A model generated the notes under the pieces. The model was not told the origin of the DNA. It saw only the letters and a list, made by a program, of their open reading frames with translations, and searched no databases. Of a DNA stretch of 64,000 bases, positions 1 through 26,725 are shown piece by piece. The translations under genes were made by a program, and so were the position numbers. Source of the stretch: the human T2T-CHM13v2.0 reference genome, Homo sapiens. Where the stretch lies: assembly GCF_009914755.1 (NCBI RefSeq), contig NC_060941.1; one strand, 5' to 3'. Every line of letters begins with the position of its first letter. The first letter of the stretch is position 1.

Positions 1-726
1 AGACTTACTTAAAAGATTTAGAGTACAGAAAAATCAAAACAAGTTTATTTCATCACAGACTTCTTTCTGTGAATCAAAGGCATTCAGAACTATGTTTTAG
101 AGATCAAATAATGTATTCTACAACTATATACATACAAATCTGGTATACCACTAACACAACATAGGAGTTAATTCTATTGATGAATATCATGGCTAAGATA
201 TCCTGATATACTTTGGCTACAGAATAAAACATGTAAAGAACTATGCTCAAATACAGTTCTTTCTTTGCTCAGGGTTTAGACAGGTTTCCCTCTGAATCAG
301 AATCACAGACTAAACAATCACAAATTCTTCTAAAACTAAGTGCTAAACCCATGAAAAAAAGATATAATGTTTCTTGCCAGAAATTTTGCTATCTTTAAAA
401 TCTATATGGTTCTTAGCCTCTATTCTGAAATACATGCTATCATTAACTAATAGATAAACTAAAAAGAATTAGAAAAAAAGATATTTGCCACGTGTATCTT
501 ATATATGGGTTATGCTATGTTCCACTCCAACCTCTCCTTCCCCACAAGTAAATTCTAACAAATTAGAGAAATTTTACTTTTACAAACATAGTCAATGAAA
601 AGTTAAACATAAAATTGCTACACATGAAAGTCTAAGAATAAAAAAGGTACTCAGAAATGATAAATTCTATAATGCTATACTAGTTAGGTAGCCATCACCA
701 CCTGAAACTGCTAATCAGAAAAATCA

Positions 727-843
<117 letters not shown>

Positions 844-1677
844 CTAAAATCCTGGCTAAAAAAAAATGTTTTTAATTAGCCAAGCGGTATTGTCACATGT
901 CTGTAGTCTCAGCTTCTTGGGAGGCTAAGGAGGATGGATGGCTTGAGCCCAGGAGTTCAAGGCTGCAGTGAGCCATGATCATGCCACTGCACCATAGCCT
1001 GGGTAACAGAGCAAGATCCTCTCTCATAAAAAGAAAAAATAAAAATCAAGAGTATTAATTTCTTTCACTAACCCACTACTATGGAAGGACAGTGCCACCT
1101 TTCAATAGCAATCAATGGAAACATTTATTTACACCAAACAGAAAATGGAGTTTCACTTAACACAAATAAAACAAAGCTTTGAATTTCTCCTACCGTAATT
1201 TTCTATGAAGTCACATACCTGTAAAAGTTCCACTATTATAAATCCACTAGTTCTCTGTTTCTACTGATGCATTCTTGTCCTTTTGCATTGTATATCTACT
1301 CTAACTGGGTTATCAGCAATCCCCTCTATTAAGTTTCAGACATGATCCCAACCGCCTGATGGAATCTCTCAGCAGGCACCTCAAACTGCATTCACATGTT
1401 TACGATGTACTCACATTACATGTACATAGCTAAAGTCATGTAGTACAAAAAGATGAAAAGCCTAAGTATCAATCTCTCTCCTTCAAGATAACAAGTACTA
1501 TTTCTATCATCTAATTAAGGTGGAAAAAAACCTAGGTATATGCCAGCATATATGTATGCACATATGTACTTTGGTTCCTCATCTACATACAGAGCTTCTC
1601 ATATCAGCCTATACAGATTTCCTTTGCTTATTTAAGTGGATATGCCATTATTATTTAGCCAGACCTTCATTATTTAG

Positions 1678-1842
<165 letters not shown>

Positions 1843-3182
1843 TGAATAGCTGGGATTACAGGCGCCTGCCACCACGCCCAGCTAATTTTTTGTATTTTTA
1901 GTAGAGACAGGGTTTCACCATGTTGGCCAAGCTGGTCTCAAACTCCTGACCTCGTGATCCACCCACCTCGGCCTCCCAAAGTGCTGGGATTACAGGCGTG
2001 AGTCACTGCGCCCAGCCTAGGTATTTCAATAGTTATTCCAAGGTACTTCTACTTAGAAACGCTACTTTAAAAAAATCAGAAAAATTAAGTTTGGTAAGAT
2101 TTAGCCTAAAGTGGGTAAAAACAATGGTACAGACACCTTCAAACCTATTCTTTCTCATCTTTCTACCTCATGAACTAAATACGCTTGGCCTTAAACTCTC
2201 CTGTTATTCTCCTACTTTACTGTTTAACTGGCTGCAAAGTTCTTCAAAATATATTCCACAGCATCTATAACATTCATACATCCCTGCTACTTCTAATTTC
2301 CCAGTGTCGGCCTCACATCACTTTCTATATGAGTTGTCCAAACTGATCTCCTTTCACACAGACATATCTTTTCATTTCAAGCAACCTTTCAATAACATTA
2401 CTTGGTGAGTTTTTCCAAAATCCTTATTTTCTAAAACTTGTCATTTTATCTCACTCAATACTTGCAATAGTCCCTCCATCATCTCAAGGATAATATACAA
2501 ACTTATGAATACTATTCTGCTATTCCATTCTATAGTCCTACGCTTTTCAGGTCTCATTTCTCATCATGACACACCAAACTACTAAGGAGCACCCCTATAA
2601 TCTAACCATACCAAACTACATAAAGCTTCTGGAGCTTCATAAATGGAATTAAATTATTCCCCACTCTGTGTCTGTACTATATTTTATTTATACCTCTATC
2701 AGATAATATGCTATTTTCCATTAGACTACAATTTCATTTATGGTCAAGAGTAAATTTATTTTATACACTAACAGTGCCCCACAGCATCCTGCGTAAGAGA
2801 AACTTCAGTTTTATTGAAACTGATTTTAAAAATACCTTTTAAGAATATGAATTTAAAAAGAAAAATAATACTCCTAAGAAGAGATACAAAATGCAGAGGA
2901 CTTGCAACAGCCCTGTAATTAACTTTATTAAAATTAACTGCTAAACATTTAAATGCACTTTCAAAACTCAAAGAATGGAAAAATAATAATAGATATTTAC
3001 AATGACTAGGTGACAGAAATTCACCAATTTACTAATATAAACAAACCAGGCTTCTGAATGAATTACTCTATGACTAAAGAGGTGTTTGATCATATTACAT
3101 CTTTAAAATTGTAAGTGCTTCCAGAAAGAATTTAAGAGGGTTGTTTAAATGCCATCAAAAGAGGGCTGGGCACGGTGGCTCA

Positions 3183-3443
<261 letters not shown>

Positions 3444-3859
3444 TCAAAAAAAAAAAAAAAAAAAAAGCCATCAAAAGAGAATAACAGTAATTCATGGAAT
3501 TTATTTTAATGACAGGGAACATCATCTAACTTTGTCAATTGGCTGTACCACTTTCTACAAGGAGACAACTATTATTTTGATCCTTGTCACATCATATCTG
3601 AAGCAATATTAACAGCAGGTAATAAATTATCCAATTATTCCAACAAAATCCTTTTCACTATAAGAAAAAAAAGCATTTTTGTTTCAGCATATAAAAGACC
3701 ATGTCAAGTATCTCACTCTAGTTTGGAGTGACTGAAATAGTATGGGGAATCTCCCCAATGAAGTCAATCAGTAAACACGCTGATCTTTCTAATAACTATT
3801 ACTTTAGAATTCAATTTTCTGTTACAAGTTATTCATTATATTAAAGTACCTTAACACTT

Positions 3860-4062
3860 CTAACACTTCGAGCTGGATAATTTTTTGTTATGGGAGATTA
3901 TCCTGTGCACTGTAAGATATTTAGCAGCATCTCTAATTTCTACCTACTAGGTGCCAGTAGCACACCCCAAGGTGATAACCAAAAATGTCTCTACACATTG
4001 GCAAATGTTACCTGGGGATGGGGCTGGAGGGATATAAAATTGCCCCAGTTGAGAAATACTAC
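3860..4062. mobile_element. MER20 hAT DNA transposon
   Basis: tcctgtgcactgtaagatatttagcagcatc…aaccaaaaatgtctctacacattggcaaatg…gccccagttgagaa. Confidence 0.8.
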
Positions 4063-4231
4063 ACAGAACAATAATTCCAGGAAAAGGATAGAATCATCCA
4101 GATGATTATTTTTAAAAGCAAACTTTTAACCTACCAACTATAGAACAATTTATATTCCATAAATGCTTCTTAGTTAACATAGCAGCTAAGCCTTTGATGG
4201 TTCACCTTCTGGATATTTACCTTATCATCTA

Positions 4232-4609
<378 letters not shown>

Positions 4610-5119
4610 TCAGTAACTAGTATAACCAAAACAATATTCACATAAGACATATGATTAAAATTAAAACTCTTTTATTCAATCTTTTTTTTCCCTTGTCTAT
4701 AAGGCAGAAAAAAAGGGTGACAAGGAATAGGCAAAGCATGTTATTTCCTTAACTTACATAATTACAATCCAGTACCACTCTACCCTGCACGCTACTTTTC
4801 TACACTATGCTTCCTCCTTCTCATTCTTATTCAGTGAGAAAAATGTCAAATAATTTTAGAACAGATTTTAAGGTTAAACTGTATTAACTTCTAAGAGACC
4901 TTCATTTTACTTACAGATAGTCATGTACACAAGCAACCAATACATTTATTTAAAGTTATGGCTAGAATTAACAGCTCTTATGAATACAATGTGCCCACAA
5001 AAACTCACTATTGAAGGTTTTAAAACCAAAAAACTTCATACCACCACATTTTTACACACATTAAATAAGAAAATATAACCTGGAAAGAAAACAAGTTTTA
5101 AAATAGTATTTTAGGGCCA

Positions 5120-5790
5120 TTTCATTCACCCAAACATTTGCTGAATTTCTATTGTGTATCCAGAATTGTTCTAAGGGGGTGTGTGTGTTTATGCTAGAAG
5201 AATACAGCAGTAAACAAGACAAGAGTCCTTGCCCTCATAGAGCTTACATTCTAATAGGGAAAAGACCATTAGCAAATACATAATATAATTTCAGATATAT
5301 GCTAAGAAGAAATTAAAAGCAGCATACAGGATAGGCAGTGATTTGGGAGAGAAAGACCATAGTTTAGATAAAATGGTGAGGAAAATCTTCCCTGAGAAGA
5401 TAACTTTTGAGCAGCACTGAATGATAAGAAGGGATAAGCAGTTCACCCTCTTTATAATCCAATTCTAAAAGGCCATGAGGAATGAGCTTGGCTTTTTGAA
5501 TAATTTATCAAGGATGCTGGTGTAGCTAAATCAGGAGACAAGTAGGATACCAGTAGGTAACATGGGTGAAGAACTAGGGAGGCAAGAGACTGCATACAAT
5601 CTTACAGATCAGGAGAAAGGGTCTGGATTTTACTCTAAGTGTAAAGGGAAACTATGGGAGAGATTTAAGCAAATAAGTAAGACAATATTTTACTTGCAAT
5701 GATTACCCTCACTGCTGTGTAGAGAATACATGTAGAATAGAAACAAGGAGACTAGTAATCTCAGGCCAAGAGCTGAGGCTGGCTTAGACT
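5120..5790 (-). mobile_element. L2 LINE 3' fragment
   Basis: cattcacccaaacatttgctgaa…ccttgccctcatagagcttacattcta is the typical reverse-complement L2 3' end. Confidence 0.75.
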
Positions 5791-6277
5791 TATACTACAT
5801 TTAGCAAGAGTAAGATTAAGATCTTTTAAGGCTTGTTTCTAAGACATCATTTACTTTTTTTTTTTTTTTTTTGAGACGGAGTCTCGCTCTGTCGCCCAGG
5901 CTGGAGTGCAGTGGAGTGATCTCTGCTCACTGTTAACTTCCGCCTCCTTGTTCAAACGATTCTCCTTAGCCTCCAAGTATCTGGGATTACAGGCGCACGC
6001 CACCACACCCAGCTAATTTTTGTATTTTTAGTAGAGACAGGGTTTCACCATGTTGGCCAGGCTGGTCTGGAACTCCTGACTTCAGGTGATCCACCCGCGT
6101 GGCCTCCCAAAGTGCTGGGATTACAGGCGTGACCCACCACGCCCAGCCCTAAGATATCATTTACTTTCAAGAGACCTGCTGACTATTAAATAAGCTCACT
6201 GTCTTCCACAATCCCTAAGAGTATACTGATATCTCTTAATTAACAATCCAGATTAATTTTAATTAAAAATAAAATCA

Positions 6278-6598
<321 letters not shown>

Positions 6599-6674
6599 CT
6601 AAAATACTTTTAGATTCAAAGGGCCAGATGAAGCACAGGACTTATCTGCTAAAATGACGATAAAAGCATTTTAA

Positions 6675-6937
6675 TTTACTATTATTTTTTAAGAGACAGG
6701 GTCTCACTGCTGCCCAGGCTGGAGTACAGTGGCTATTCACAGGTGCAATCCCACCACTATCAGCATAGGAGTTTTGACCTGCCCATTTCCATCCTAGGCT
6801 GGTTCACCAGTCGTCAGGCAACCTGGAGGTCACCATACTGATGCTGAACTTGATGCAGACACTTAATCGGCATAGTGCACAGCAGCCCGGAACTCCTGGG
6901 ATCAAGCAATCCTCCTGACACAACCAGAGCACTCGGC
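6675..6937 (-). pseudogene. 7SL (SRP RNA) processed pseudogene, with internal deletions
   Basis: The reverse complement carries the 7SL S-domain absent from Alus (…CTATGCCGATTAAGTGTCTGCATCAAGTTCAGCATCAGTATGGTGACCTCCAGGTTGCC…GGTCAAAACTCC…GTGAATAGCCACTG…). There is an A-rich tail remnant and a degenerate TSD a(a/g)g(c/t)attttaa at 6664-6674 and 6939-6949. Confidence 0.92.
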
Positions 6938-7595
6938 TAGGTATTTTAACAGAGAATAAATCTCTAACAGTAGGAAAAATGAGAGAGAGGCTATAAATGG
7001 ACCAGATGTTTCACTAAGTCTCAGGGAAGCTCAAAATAAGATAAAATACAGCAGAAAAAGTTCACAGCCTACAATATGCAAAAGAAGGGATTATAGCCCA
7101 ACTACATAAACAACAGGAGAGTCTAACTGCCTGGAAAAGTGAGAAAAAATCCGGACAGAAATGAGAAGAAGGGGTTACTTTGGTCACACTGCCTATGGGT
7201 GTAGCCCTGCTCTGCAAGGAGCAGTAAAAAAAAAAAAAAGGGGGGGGGGAGGGAAAAAGAAAAAGGAGAAGGGGAGACAGGAAGGAGAAGAAAAACAAAA
7301 GTGAGAAAAAGAGCTGAAAATGGGACAACAAGAAAGATTCCTTTTTAAGGAAAATGAATAAACTACCTGTCAAAATAAGTATAACATCCTTTTCATTCTG
7401 GAATTTTAGGAATGGTTGCCTTCCCTTCCAAAAATTCCCCATCCAGTTATCATAAAGCGAATTATCTGACACCTATACACATTACATACTAAAGTATTTA
7501 TTGAATGAGCAAGGACCACCAGTCAACAAGCTCTACCTATATACAACATTTCCAATCAGTCTATCTATTCTCTCACATTAAAATACGTCTAGACA

Positions 7596-9300
<1,705 letters not shown>

Positions 9301-9312
9301 GAGTTAGCCTTT

Positions 9313-10880
9313 CAAGTGCCCAGCACAAGGACTGGAAAAAAGATCATTATACCTGCTACACAGATTCTTGTGACATTTCTAAAGCTAAGAGAAGACCTTA
9401 AAAGCCTCACAGAAGAGATCGCGTTTTTTTAAATGAGCAAGAATGAAACTCATTATTACACATTTCTTCTGAAGATACCAGAAGACAGTAAAGCAATGCC
9501 TATGAGTTCAAGGGGGAAATTATTTTCAATTATGAAACCAACATGTAGCCAAATTATCAATCCAAGCATGAGGGCAAAAAAATCAGGTCATTTTCAGAAA
9601 TACAAAGGATGCCAAATTTATCTCCCACTCTTCCCCCCGCCGCCCCCTCCCCCCGAGGGAGCTAAAGATATTCACCAAGAAAATAAAGGCAAAACCAAAA
9701 AGAAGCCACTAGTTATAAAAAATTGTGGTATTAACTTGAGTCTAATCAAAATGAAATCCTAGAGAGCTGAAAACAAGTCTAGAAAGCAACTGGTTCACAT
9801 TATAACAGAAATAAGAAAGTATTAAACTCCATATAATAGTTACATTATCTGGAGCAATCTGATGTTGAGAAAAAAAGCTACATTAAAAAATAAACATAAA
9901 TCGATAATGAAAATGTGACATTTTAAGCAAATAAAGTCTAAGACATTATTTAACCTATTAGTAGCATTTAAGCAATAAGCAAGTAATTCACTAAAAAAAA
10001 GGTAATTCACTGACAATGATCTGATAAGGAAGGAATCGTAATCTTTGTACATTCCTTGGCCTTGTACTAATAAATAGGTAGACAGTTCTATTGAGCATAA
10101 TCGTATTTTACTGGTTGATTTTCACCTTTTAGAAAAATTTATATGTAAAAGGCTTATTAGACAGACTATAAATGTATTAATAACAACATAGAAAGTCAAG
10201 GGATACCTGGAAAAAAGCCTTCTTCTGCCCAAAGTATAACATTAATACAGTGGACAAAGAAGGCAAACCACCAATGGAGGAAGAAACCTATAGCACATAA
10301 AACTAATGCAGGATTAATACCCAGAGCATGCAAATAATACATCAGAAAAAAAAGAAAAATGGACTAAAAAATACGATGACTAGGCAAGTCACAGAACAGG
10401 AAACCTAAATACACCCAAAACATTTTAAATGATGCTCAATCTCACTAGAAATCTGGAAGACACATATTTAGACAATGAGATGACATTTTGCATGCTGTAA
10501 ATTACTGAAATTAAATCTTGTAAGACCAACTATAGAGGAAAATATAGTGCAACAGCCATTCTCATACACTGCTGGTTCATGAGGGTTTAAACTATATACC
10601 AGTTGCTGAACTGCAACTGGGCAACAACCCTTAATGTTGAAAATGGACATAGCCATGTTGAAAATGGCTTTTAGATGTATTTCCTAAAAAAATTCTTATA
10701 CAAGTAAACAAGGAAATGTGTACCAAACAAAATGGAAAATGTTAGGGTGAAAAACTGAAAATAACCAACATATCCATCTTTAAGAGTTTAGGTATTTACT
10801 ATATATTCATAAGGAAATACCATAAAGCAATTAAAATGAATAACTAGAGCTACACGTATAAAAACATGTACTGAAATAAT
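9313..10880 (+). mobile_element. Highly diverged L1M fragments
   Basis: A-rich sequence with L1 motifs (gatgctcaatctcactag, cattctcatacactgctggt, aaggaaataccataaagcaattaaaatgaa). Confidence 0.55.
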
Positions 10881-11470
10881 AAGTACCAAATTGAGGCCAG
10901 GTGCGGTGGCTCATGCCTGTAATCCCAACACTTCAGGAGGCCGAGGTGGGTGGATCACTTGAGGTCAGGAGTTCGAGACCAGCCTAGCCAGCATGGTGAA
11001 ACCCCATCTCTACTAAAAATACAAAAATTAGCTGGGTGTGGTGGCTCACACCTGTAATCCCAGCTACTCGGGAGGCTGAGGCAGGAGGGTCGCTTGAACC
11101 CAGAGGCGGAAATTTCAGTGGGCCTAGATCGTGCCTCTACACTCTAGCCTGGGTGACAGAGACTCTGTCTCAAAAAAAAAAAAAAGGTACCAAATTCAGG
11201 ACAGTGGAAGGAAGACTGGAAGAAGAAAAACAGTACATGGGAATTCTAACTGTATGTAAAATCCTTAAGTTGGCTGATGTACAAGTGTTTACACATTATT
11301 TTCTCCACTTTTTGTGGCTAAAGTTATTTCATAATGAAGAAGTTCCCTGAGGAAAAAACACAGTAAAGGAATAATGCAAAGTTAATACTCAATGAATTTA
11401 TTCTTGTAAATCCTACCTTGAATCCAATACTGAGTCCTAGTATTAAGAACTTGCATCACTTCCACCCTTA

Positions 11471-12274
<804 letters not shown>

Positions 12275-12861
12275 TTATCATTTCTTTTTCACATGTAATA
12301 CTAAAAGTAAAATAATTTGAATTTGAAAGGGGAAAAAAATACTTTGCTCGTGACCTAAATAAAATATAAGGGCATGCAGAAACATTCATAAAAGCCAATT
12401 ATCTCATGCTCATTTAATAGCCATGTGATCAGACAGCCAAAGATTATGTCTTACATGATTTAAATATTTTAGTATCTAATTTAAATATAGAGGTAAGATT
12501 CTAGTTAAGGTTAAAAGGTATAACAAGGCTTGAAATTTACTCATTTTTAAATGTACCTGATATTTCCTGTTAGTAATTATTATAAATTAATGGCTTGGCT
12601 AAGCTTAGTCATCACCTACAATCCTACAGCAACTGGCCAGAAAGCGTATTCTACTCTACTAAATAGAAGTTACATCAGTCTGGAAAGTGCTAGAATTGAC
12701 TGATTGATGGGCCTCACACCATACCTACCTTCTCCAAATACTTAGCACTACAAAAAGAATAAACTGACTAGAAAAGGGAAAGAAAATGCCTAAAATAATT
12801 TCTTCCTCATAATTTGAAGCAATTCTAAAACGAAGAACTTAAATGATACACCTAAAAATCA

Positions 12862-13593
<732 letters not shown>

Positions 13594-13767
13594 TAAAATG
13601 TGGTAAGATATGGAGTTTACACATTCAGTATTCATTAGGTTTTACTTTTTAAATTTTACTTTTTTGCTGAATCAGAGCTATCCAGAAAGAGTATTAAAAA
13701 GCAGTGACAGGCACTTATTTGAAAAACTCTGTTGAGAAGACATACTGAGACACTTTTTTTTTTTTGA

Positions 13768-13959
<192 letters not shown>

Positions 13960-14169
13960 TAGTCTCGATCTCTTGACCTCGTGATCCGCCCACCTTGGCC
14001 TCCCAAAGTGCTGGGATTACAGGCGTGAGCCACTGCGCCCGGCCGAGACACCTTTTTGTACAGAGCCTGAGATATCTTATTGTGCATAGAGAAAAAAAAG
14101 AACCAAAGTTATCAAAAAAAACCAAACTCGTTTCAAAAGGACATAGGAGAAATCCACCATTATCCTAAT

Positions 14170-14700
14170 ATTAAAATCAAAGATATTACACAAAAAGAAA
14201 ACCATAGACCATTATCTCTTAAGAACACAGATGTAAATAATTAACAAAATATCAGCAACTCAAACCAGCAAAATATAAAAGAATAACACATCATGACCAA
14301 ATGAAGTTAATTCTGGGAATGTATGGTGTAGCATTCAAAAGAAAAAAATATCATGCATCACATTAACAGAATAAAAGAAAACCATATTATCTCAATAACT
14401 ATAGAAAAAACCCTATTAATACTATTAATATATTCAACCCCTATTTATATACACTCGGCAAGCAAGGAATAAAAGAAAATTTGCTTGATCTGATGGATAT
14501 CTATGAAAAACTACAACTAATATCTTACTTGATGTTTAAGCATGAATAATTTCTCAAGATTAAGAACAAAGCAAGAATATTAGCTCTCAACATTTAACAT
14601 TTTACTGAACGTTTTACCCAATGCAATAAGGCAAGAAAGAGGTCAGAGATTTCGGAGGAAGAAGATAAATTGTCTTTATTCATTGTCAACATTATTACAA
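14170..14700 (+). mobile_element. Diverged L1M ORF2 fragment
   Basis: aaagatattacacaaaaagaaaaccatagaccattatctc…aatgcaataaggcaagaaa resembles the L1 ORF2 RT region. Confidence 0.65.
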
Positions 14701-14791
14701 ACTATACAATAAGGCCAGATGCAGTGGCTCACACCTGTAATCCCAGCACTTTGGGAGGCCGAGGTAGGTGGATCATGAAGTCAGGAGTTCA

Positions 14792-15061
<270 letters not shown>

Positions 15062-15193
15062 TCAATCTTAACATTACTAGATATGGGACAACCAGATACT
15101 GTCTCTCTCTGACGTAACATAATACAAAGCAACACAGCCACCATCTATGAAGTACTCTTGCCAAAAATATTGAAGTTGAGTCTAATCAAGTAA

Positions 15194-15583
<390 letters not shown>

Positions 15584-16549
15584 TGAGTACTTGAATTGTG
15601 GCTAGTCCAATTGAGGAACTAATTTTTTAAGAGACAAGTCTTGCTCTGTCTCTTAAAAGGCTGGAATGCAGTACAATCATAGCACACTGTAACCTCAAAT
15701 TCCTGGACTCAAGAGAGCCTCCCAAAGTGCTGAGATTACAGGCATGAACCACTGTACCCAGCTGAGGAACTGAATTTTTAATTGTATTTAAATCCAATTA
15801 CTGTAAATTTAAATAGCCAATAGTAGTTACTAACACAGCTAGTATTGGATAGCTCAGCTCTACAGCTACCTTCCATTTATAGAAATGCAAAGGAAAAAGG
15901 AAGAAATTAAATTACACTGAAAGAAGTAAAATTACATGACAAGTAAAACAAAAAATCCAGAATGTGGGGCACTCTATAGGAGGAACTGACCTAGTTTTAC
16001 CAACCGAGTCAATGTCATGAAAAGGGAGCAGGAGACAACTAAAAGGAGAGATTTAGAAAACATAACAACCAAATGTTTACTCCTTGTTTGAATCCTAGTC
16101 AAATAAACTATCTACAAAAAGACATTTCTGAGAAAATCTGGACAAGGTATCATAATATTAGGTATGACGGTAGAATTATATTCATGTAAGAAGATATTCG
16201 TATTTTTTAGAGCCGCATACTGAAGTACTGCAGAAGTGTAATATTTAAGATTTGCTTTAAAAACCTTTATCAAGAGCATAGCATAAGGATTTGCCAAATA
16301 AAGTATTACATATCTATAAAATGCAGTATTATGAACTTTTTAAAAAGAATGAATCTGTAAGTGCTAACATGGATAAACACCCAGGCTGTTTATCAAAAAA
16401 ACAATAAGTTGCAGAAATACAGCATGATTCCATTTGTGTGAAAGAAAGCAACAGGCAGACCTACATACATAAGAGGGGAACCTGTTAATTTTTAATTTTA
16501 TATTCTTGTGTACTGTTTGAACTTTTAATTTTATTTATTTAACTTTTGA

Positions 16550-16930
<381 letters not shown>

Positions 16931-17456
16931 AGTAGAGACCGGTTTTTGCCATGTTGCCCAGGCTGGTCTCAAACTCCTGATCTCAAGTGATCTACCCACT
17001 TCAGCCTCCCAAAGTGCTGGGATTACAGGCATGAGCCACTCACCCAGCCTGAACTTTGTAAAAGAGCATTTTTTTTTTTAAACACAGAAATTTGTTCAAA
17101 AACACAAAAAACCAAGAACAACAACAAAAAAAAAAACCCAGCAGGTCCTACCCAACGTATGAATAATCCCTTCTCTTTTTTTTTCCTCATGCTGTTGCCC
17201 AGGCTGGAACACAGTGCCGCGATTAGCGCTCACTACAGCCTCCCAGGTAGCTGGGATTACAGGCAAGAGCCACCTCATTGGCTTGAATGGGTTCTTTTTG
17301 AATACTTTCAATGACAAGGACCATACTACTGTATAAGGAGATGCATCCCCCTCATCAAATAGCTCCAACTGCTAGAAGGTAAATTCTTAATATTGAATAG
17401 AAATTCATCTTTTCTGTATCTTCCAGCCCTTCAGTCCTATTTCTACCTAATTTATA

Positions 17457-17672
17457 AAGCTGCACTATCCAATAATGGTAGCCACAAGTTACATGTAGCT
17501 ATTAGACACTTGACAAGTGGCTAGTCCAAATTGAGATGTGCTATAGATGTAAAATACCAATTTTCCAAGACATGTTATAAAATAAAGAAATGCCAAATAT
17601 CACTAATGTTTCATCACAATTACTGTATGTCAAAATAATATTTTAGATAAATCAAGTTCAATAAAATATATT
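17457..17672. mobile_element. MER33/MER3-type hAT fragment
   Basis: gcactatccaataatggtagccac…tggctagtccaaattgagatgtgcta. Confidence 0.7.
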
Positions 17673-18454
17673 GGGCTGGGCATGGTGGCTCATGCCTGTA
17701 ATCCCAGCACTTTGGGAGGCCAAGGCGGACGGAACACCTGAGGTCGGGGGTTCTAGACCAGCCTAGCCAACACAGTGAAACCCCGTCTCTACTAAAACTA
17801 CAAAAAATTAGCCGGGTGTGGTGGCAGGCGCCTGTAATCCCAACTACTCAGGAGGCTGAGGCAGGAGAATCACTTGAACCCAGGAGGTGGAGGTTGCAAG
17901 TGAGCCAAGATCACGTCACTGCACTCCAGCCTGGGTGACAGAATGAGACTCCACCTCAAAAAATATATAATAATAATAATAAATAAATAAATAAATAAAG
18001 TAAATTAAACAAATTTTAAAGATCTTCAGCAAGAGAAAAGGTCTAGTTGAAGCAAACACAGTAAGTGAATACGAATGGTTGATAAACAGGAATTCATTGC
18101 CCAATTCGCTTACTTTTGTCCATGTTTGAAGTTTCTAATAACAAAACAGAGTAGAACTAAAATGCTAAAAAAAAAAAAAAAAAAGCATGAAAGATTTGAG
18201 GAGCAAGATTAAAGTATTCCAAGGTCTTTGTTCATTCCATAAAAAGAGCGTAGACTCTAACTTTAGACTTTAAGGAAAGCAGGCATAATAAATGATTAAT
18301 TCAATTAACAAAAGAACAAAAATAGAACACCAAACTTCTAAATCAAGAGAAGAAACTGAAAAAAAGAATATAAAAAGGAAAAAATAACAGTATCATTAAC
18401 TCATCAATTATTCAAATATTTGTCTACTAAATTCAAAGTATGGTCTATGAACCC

Positions 18455-20420
<1,966 letters not shown>

Positions 20421-20651
20421 TCTATTTTATGCAAGGCAGTAGGAGAAATAGGATCTCCATTCATCTGAGGTGAACTATTTAGTTATGTCCCAAGTGTACA
20501 AGGGATGTGAAAAGTAAATGGCCATACATTCACTTACCCAGCTATTAAGAGTAAGAAACTATTAACTGGGGCTACATACTAATAGCAGCAGTTCTCTAAA
20601 TTTTTGACAACATTAAATCAGCCCTTTTCTTCTATACAGACCTCTTTCTAA

Positions 20652-25345
<4,694 letters not shown>

Positions 25346-25480
25346 TAATGCCTTCCTCTAAAACCATTTTAGACAAAATACTTAAAATCCACCTTTTCAA
25401 AAAGAATAAAAAAGTCTAGTTTAGGAACTAAAACAGAACTATTTGATAAAAATTCCACTAGTGGGAAAGAAAATCCTAAT

Positions 25481-26030
25481 TTATTTTTTTCTCAACTTTT
25501 ATTTTAGGTTCAGGGGTAAATTCGCAGGTTTGTTATATAGGTAAACTCATGTCATGGGGGTTTGTTTACAGATTATTTCATCACACAGGTATTAAAGGAC
25601 TAGTATCCAATAGTTATTTTTTCTGCTCCTCTCCCTCCTCCCAGCCTCCACTGGACCCAGTGTCTGTTGTTCCCTTCTTTGTGTCCATGAGTTCTCATCA
25701 TTTAGCTCCCACTTATAAGTGAGAACAGGCAATATTTAATTTTCAGTTCCTGCATTAGTTTGCTAAGGAAAATGACCTCCAGCTCCATTCATGTTCCTGC
25801 AGAAGACATGATCTCATTTTTTTTTATGGCTGCACAGTATTCCATGGTGTACATGCACATTTTCTTTATCCAGGCTGTCAGTGATGAGCACTTAGGTTGA
25901 TTCCATGTCTTTGTTATTGTGAATAGTGCTGCTATGAACATTCCCGTGCATGTGTCTTTATGACAGAATGTTTTATATTCCTCTGGGTATATATATCCAG
26001 TAATAGGATTGCTCGGTCAAATGGTAGTTT
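25481..26030 (-). mobile_element. L1 3'-end fragment (similar subfamily to 27452-29516)
   Basis: ttttattttaggttcagggg…catttagctcccacttataagtgagaac…gtgaatagtgctgctatgaacat is the reverse complement of an L1 3'UTR/ORF2 end. Confidence 0.9.
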
Positions 26031-26072
26031 GGGAAAAGCTTACTTACATTTAAGCATTCTTTTAGTCTTAGA

Positions 26073-26725
<653 letters not shown>

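Noticed and set aside
1210-1232. Minus-strand cttttacag|gtatgt as a recursive splice site or cryptic exon donor
   Set aside because: The pyrimidine tract is short, the intron is of modest length and no convincing upstream acceptor exists. The motif alone is insufficient.
7062-7472. 136-aa Phe/Leu-rich minus-strand ORF
   Set aside because: It results from a low-complexity purine tract and is not part of the MED13 frame.
9433-9762. 109-aa ORF with a poly-Pro run
   Set aside because: It lies in degraded L1M-like sequence, the prolines come from a C-rich tract, and there is no recognisable domain or splice context.
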